From: Callorhinchus milii
Taxonomy: Eukaryota
Direction: 5' to 3'
DNA: 64,000 bases
Assembly (NCBI RefSeq): GCF_018977255.1
Contig: NW_024704742.1
Location: 75,270,001-75,334,000, forward strand
The notes below the pieces were generated by a model. That model saw only the letters and a list, made by a program, of their open reading frames with translations. It was not told where the DNA came from and made no database searches. The first letter of the stretch is position 1. Each line of letters begins with the position of its first letter. The position numbers and the translations under genes are program-made. Below are positions 62,105 through 64,000 of this stretch, piece after piece.

Positions 62105-62559
62105 AGCGGTACTTCATTTAGTTCCAGTTGGTCAGAGCTAGATCTAGTCCTGTTAATTGGGACCCTTGGACACACTCTGAGTCTTGGTGCCAGCAGTTTT
62201 ATAGAAGAGGAACATCAAACATGGTATTTTCTAGTCAATACACTTCTGTTGGTGTTATTTCAAGATATCTGCAGAAAATATTTTCTGGCTAGTGGCTCTA
62301 AAGATGATTTGGAGAGCATTGAGAAGACTAATCCAGAGTATGATGGTTACAAGGAACACCAGACCACTATACATGATCTATTAGATCATGACGAAAAAGA
62401 TCTGAAATCTAAAACAACGAGACTGTATGGAAACTATGAAAAGTGGTTGGCGTTGATCAGTCCCTGGGTCATTCTGATGTGTTGTCGATTGCTTCGCTCC
62501 TTGAACCAGACTGGAATCAAATGGGCACATAAAGCTGATGTTAGCCACTGGTTGACAAG
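62105..62559 (+). CDS. PIGG: PIGG exon 9 (gene continues beyond the window)
   Basis: Tandem acceptor cag|CAG| (start 62102 or 62105). Translates WSELDLVLLIGTLGHTLSLGASSFIEEEHQTWYF...RLLRSLNQTGIKWAH; ends AG|gtaagt. Confidence 0.93.
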
Positions 62560-63360
62560 GTAAGTACACATACTGTAACTGGATTGCATCCTGGCCTATG
62601 ATAAACAATAGCAGTGGTAAGCTTTCCTTGTTTCATTAATTGAAAGCCTGTCTTTCAAATGTGCATATTTTGTCCACTGCTAGAAGTAGTAATTAATTAA
62701 ACTGACTATGGAATAGACCAATGGTGGTCAACTTTTATTGTCAGCCAACAAAGTAAATTAATTGAATATTTCTTGAATTATGCCACAAAATCAAGAAATA
62801 TTCAATCAAGAAAAACATGAAAATAAAACTACCGATTGAACACTGCACTTACCTAGACTCGTGCAGTGAATACCCTGCCTTTTGGCCACCATCTGCCTCA
62901 TCATCTAATAACCCTGAATCTTTTTTTTAATTTCTAGAAACTTCACTTGTTTTTTTTTCTTGAAACCTTTGAAGTTTCTTGTTCCACCACCTTCCTGGTT
63001 GTTAGTTCCACATGCCTATAAATCTTTTATAAAAGACATTTCTCCTGGATCATCTATTTGTTTTTTTTGGTCCTTCTTTTGAATATCTCCCTTATTTTTT
63101 AATTTTCTTTTAAAAAAAATTAGTCACTCAATCCATGACTGTTTATGGGACACTGCTTTGCGCAATTGGCTGCTGCATTTCGCCCACAAAATATGCACAA
63201 AACAGTCAATTCACTTTACTGTATATTCTGTGAAGCGCTTTGAGACGTCTCGAAGACGTGATAAGGTGTTATATCAAATACAAGGATTATTATAGTCATT
63301 TGCTAATGCAGCTTAATTTTATTGCCATCTATCTGATGGGTACATCTTATCTTGTGGACT

Positions 63361-63500
63361 AAAAACAGAAGTCGCTTGGAACACTTAGCAGGTCAGGCAA
63401 CATCTATTAAGAGAGGAAAGTAAGTTAACATTTCAAGTCAATGATCTTCGTCAGGACTGTTTTTATTTCAGATGTTCCAGTATTTGTAGTATTATGCTTT
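63361..63500. mobile_element. Short Penelope-like element with 14-bp TSD and hammerhead-like core
   Basis: TSD TTATCTTGTGGACT at 63347-63360 and 63501-63514. The - strand reads CTGACGA-AGATC-att-GACTT-GAAA-tgtt. Confidence 0.75.
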
Positions 63501-64000
63501 TTATCTTGTGGACTGTATTATGCAGTCTATCAAATATCGACACTAACATCGTACTGTAGTCCAGCAATACTTCTGCAGCATCAGGTTTTCAGGTGGAGCT
63601 TAAAGAGTAGTAAATCTTTATTTTAAAGAACTTGTCATCGTTACAAATTCGCTAACAAAAATAAGATTTCTTGGAATTTTGTATTGAATAGAAAGTTTCA
63701 TAAGATCTAGCAGTAATTTATGTTTGTAATTTTTGAGGGAGGTCACTTAAGTAAAGCAAGTTTCTAAAAGAGAAGGCACCATAGTTTGAAAACTGGTCTG
63801 CCAGTAAACCACTGCTATTGTGTACATCAGCAATTGCAAACACATATGCCTAATTTAATAATGAACTTACAAATTTAAAATTGTATCTGATTTTGGAAAG
63901 GGTTTGGGATCTCTTGCCTGGTAAATAACACACAAACAGTCCAAAGGTATGGATAGAAAATAAGTGTATGGTTGGTGACAAACTATGTATGTGATGGGTT

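Overview
Vertebrate genomic DNA, probably a cartilaginous fish and possibly a chimaera. That assignment is inferred only from the repeat landscape: young L2 and CR1 LINEs, Deu-domain SINEs, tRNA-Ala-headed SINEs and Penelope-like pieces. Three spliced genes can be read directly. (1) The last three coding exons of a tachykinin/neurokinin-B receptor (TACR3-like, +, 3125-24711). (2) A complete 4-exon EXOSC3/Rrp40 gene (-, 42426-39870, 229 aa), whose start codon sits at the end of a ~20-unit GC-rich tandem repeat. (3) Exons 1-9 of PIGG (+, from 45996, continuing past the window), head-to-head with EXOSC3. Most remaining sequence is decayed retroelements, and nearly all short ORFs in the supplied track are TE fragments or low-complexity noise. 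The most notable non-genic signals are: three copies of a short fold-back element carrying a minimal hammerhead-ribozyme-like core (two with long TSDs); the ATG-containing repeat over the EXOSC3 start; a perfect 56-bp inverted repeat in PIGG intron 1; an unclassified TIR element with an 8-bp TSD; a cluster of three CTCF-like motifs between TACR3-like and EXOSC3; and unusual TM5/TM7 residues in the receptor. No prokaryotic systems or CRISPR arrays were seen. Repeat boundaries are approximate; exon boundaries were read from GT/AG sites and frame continuity.
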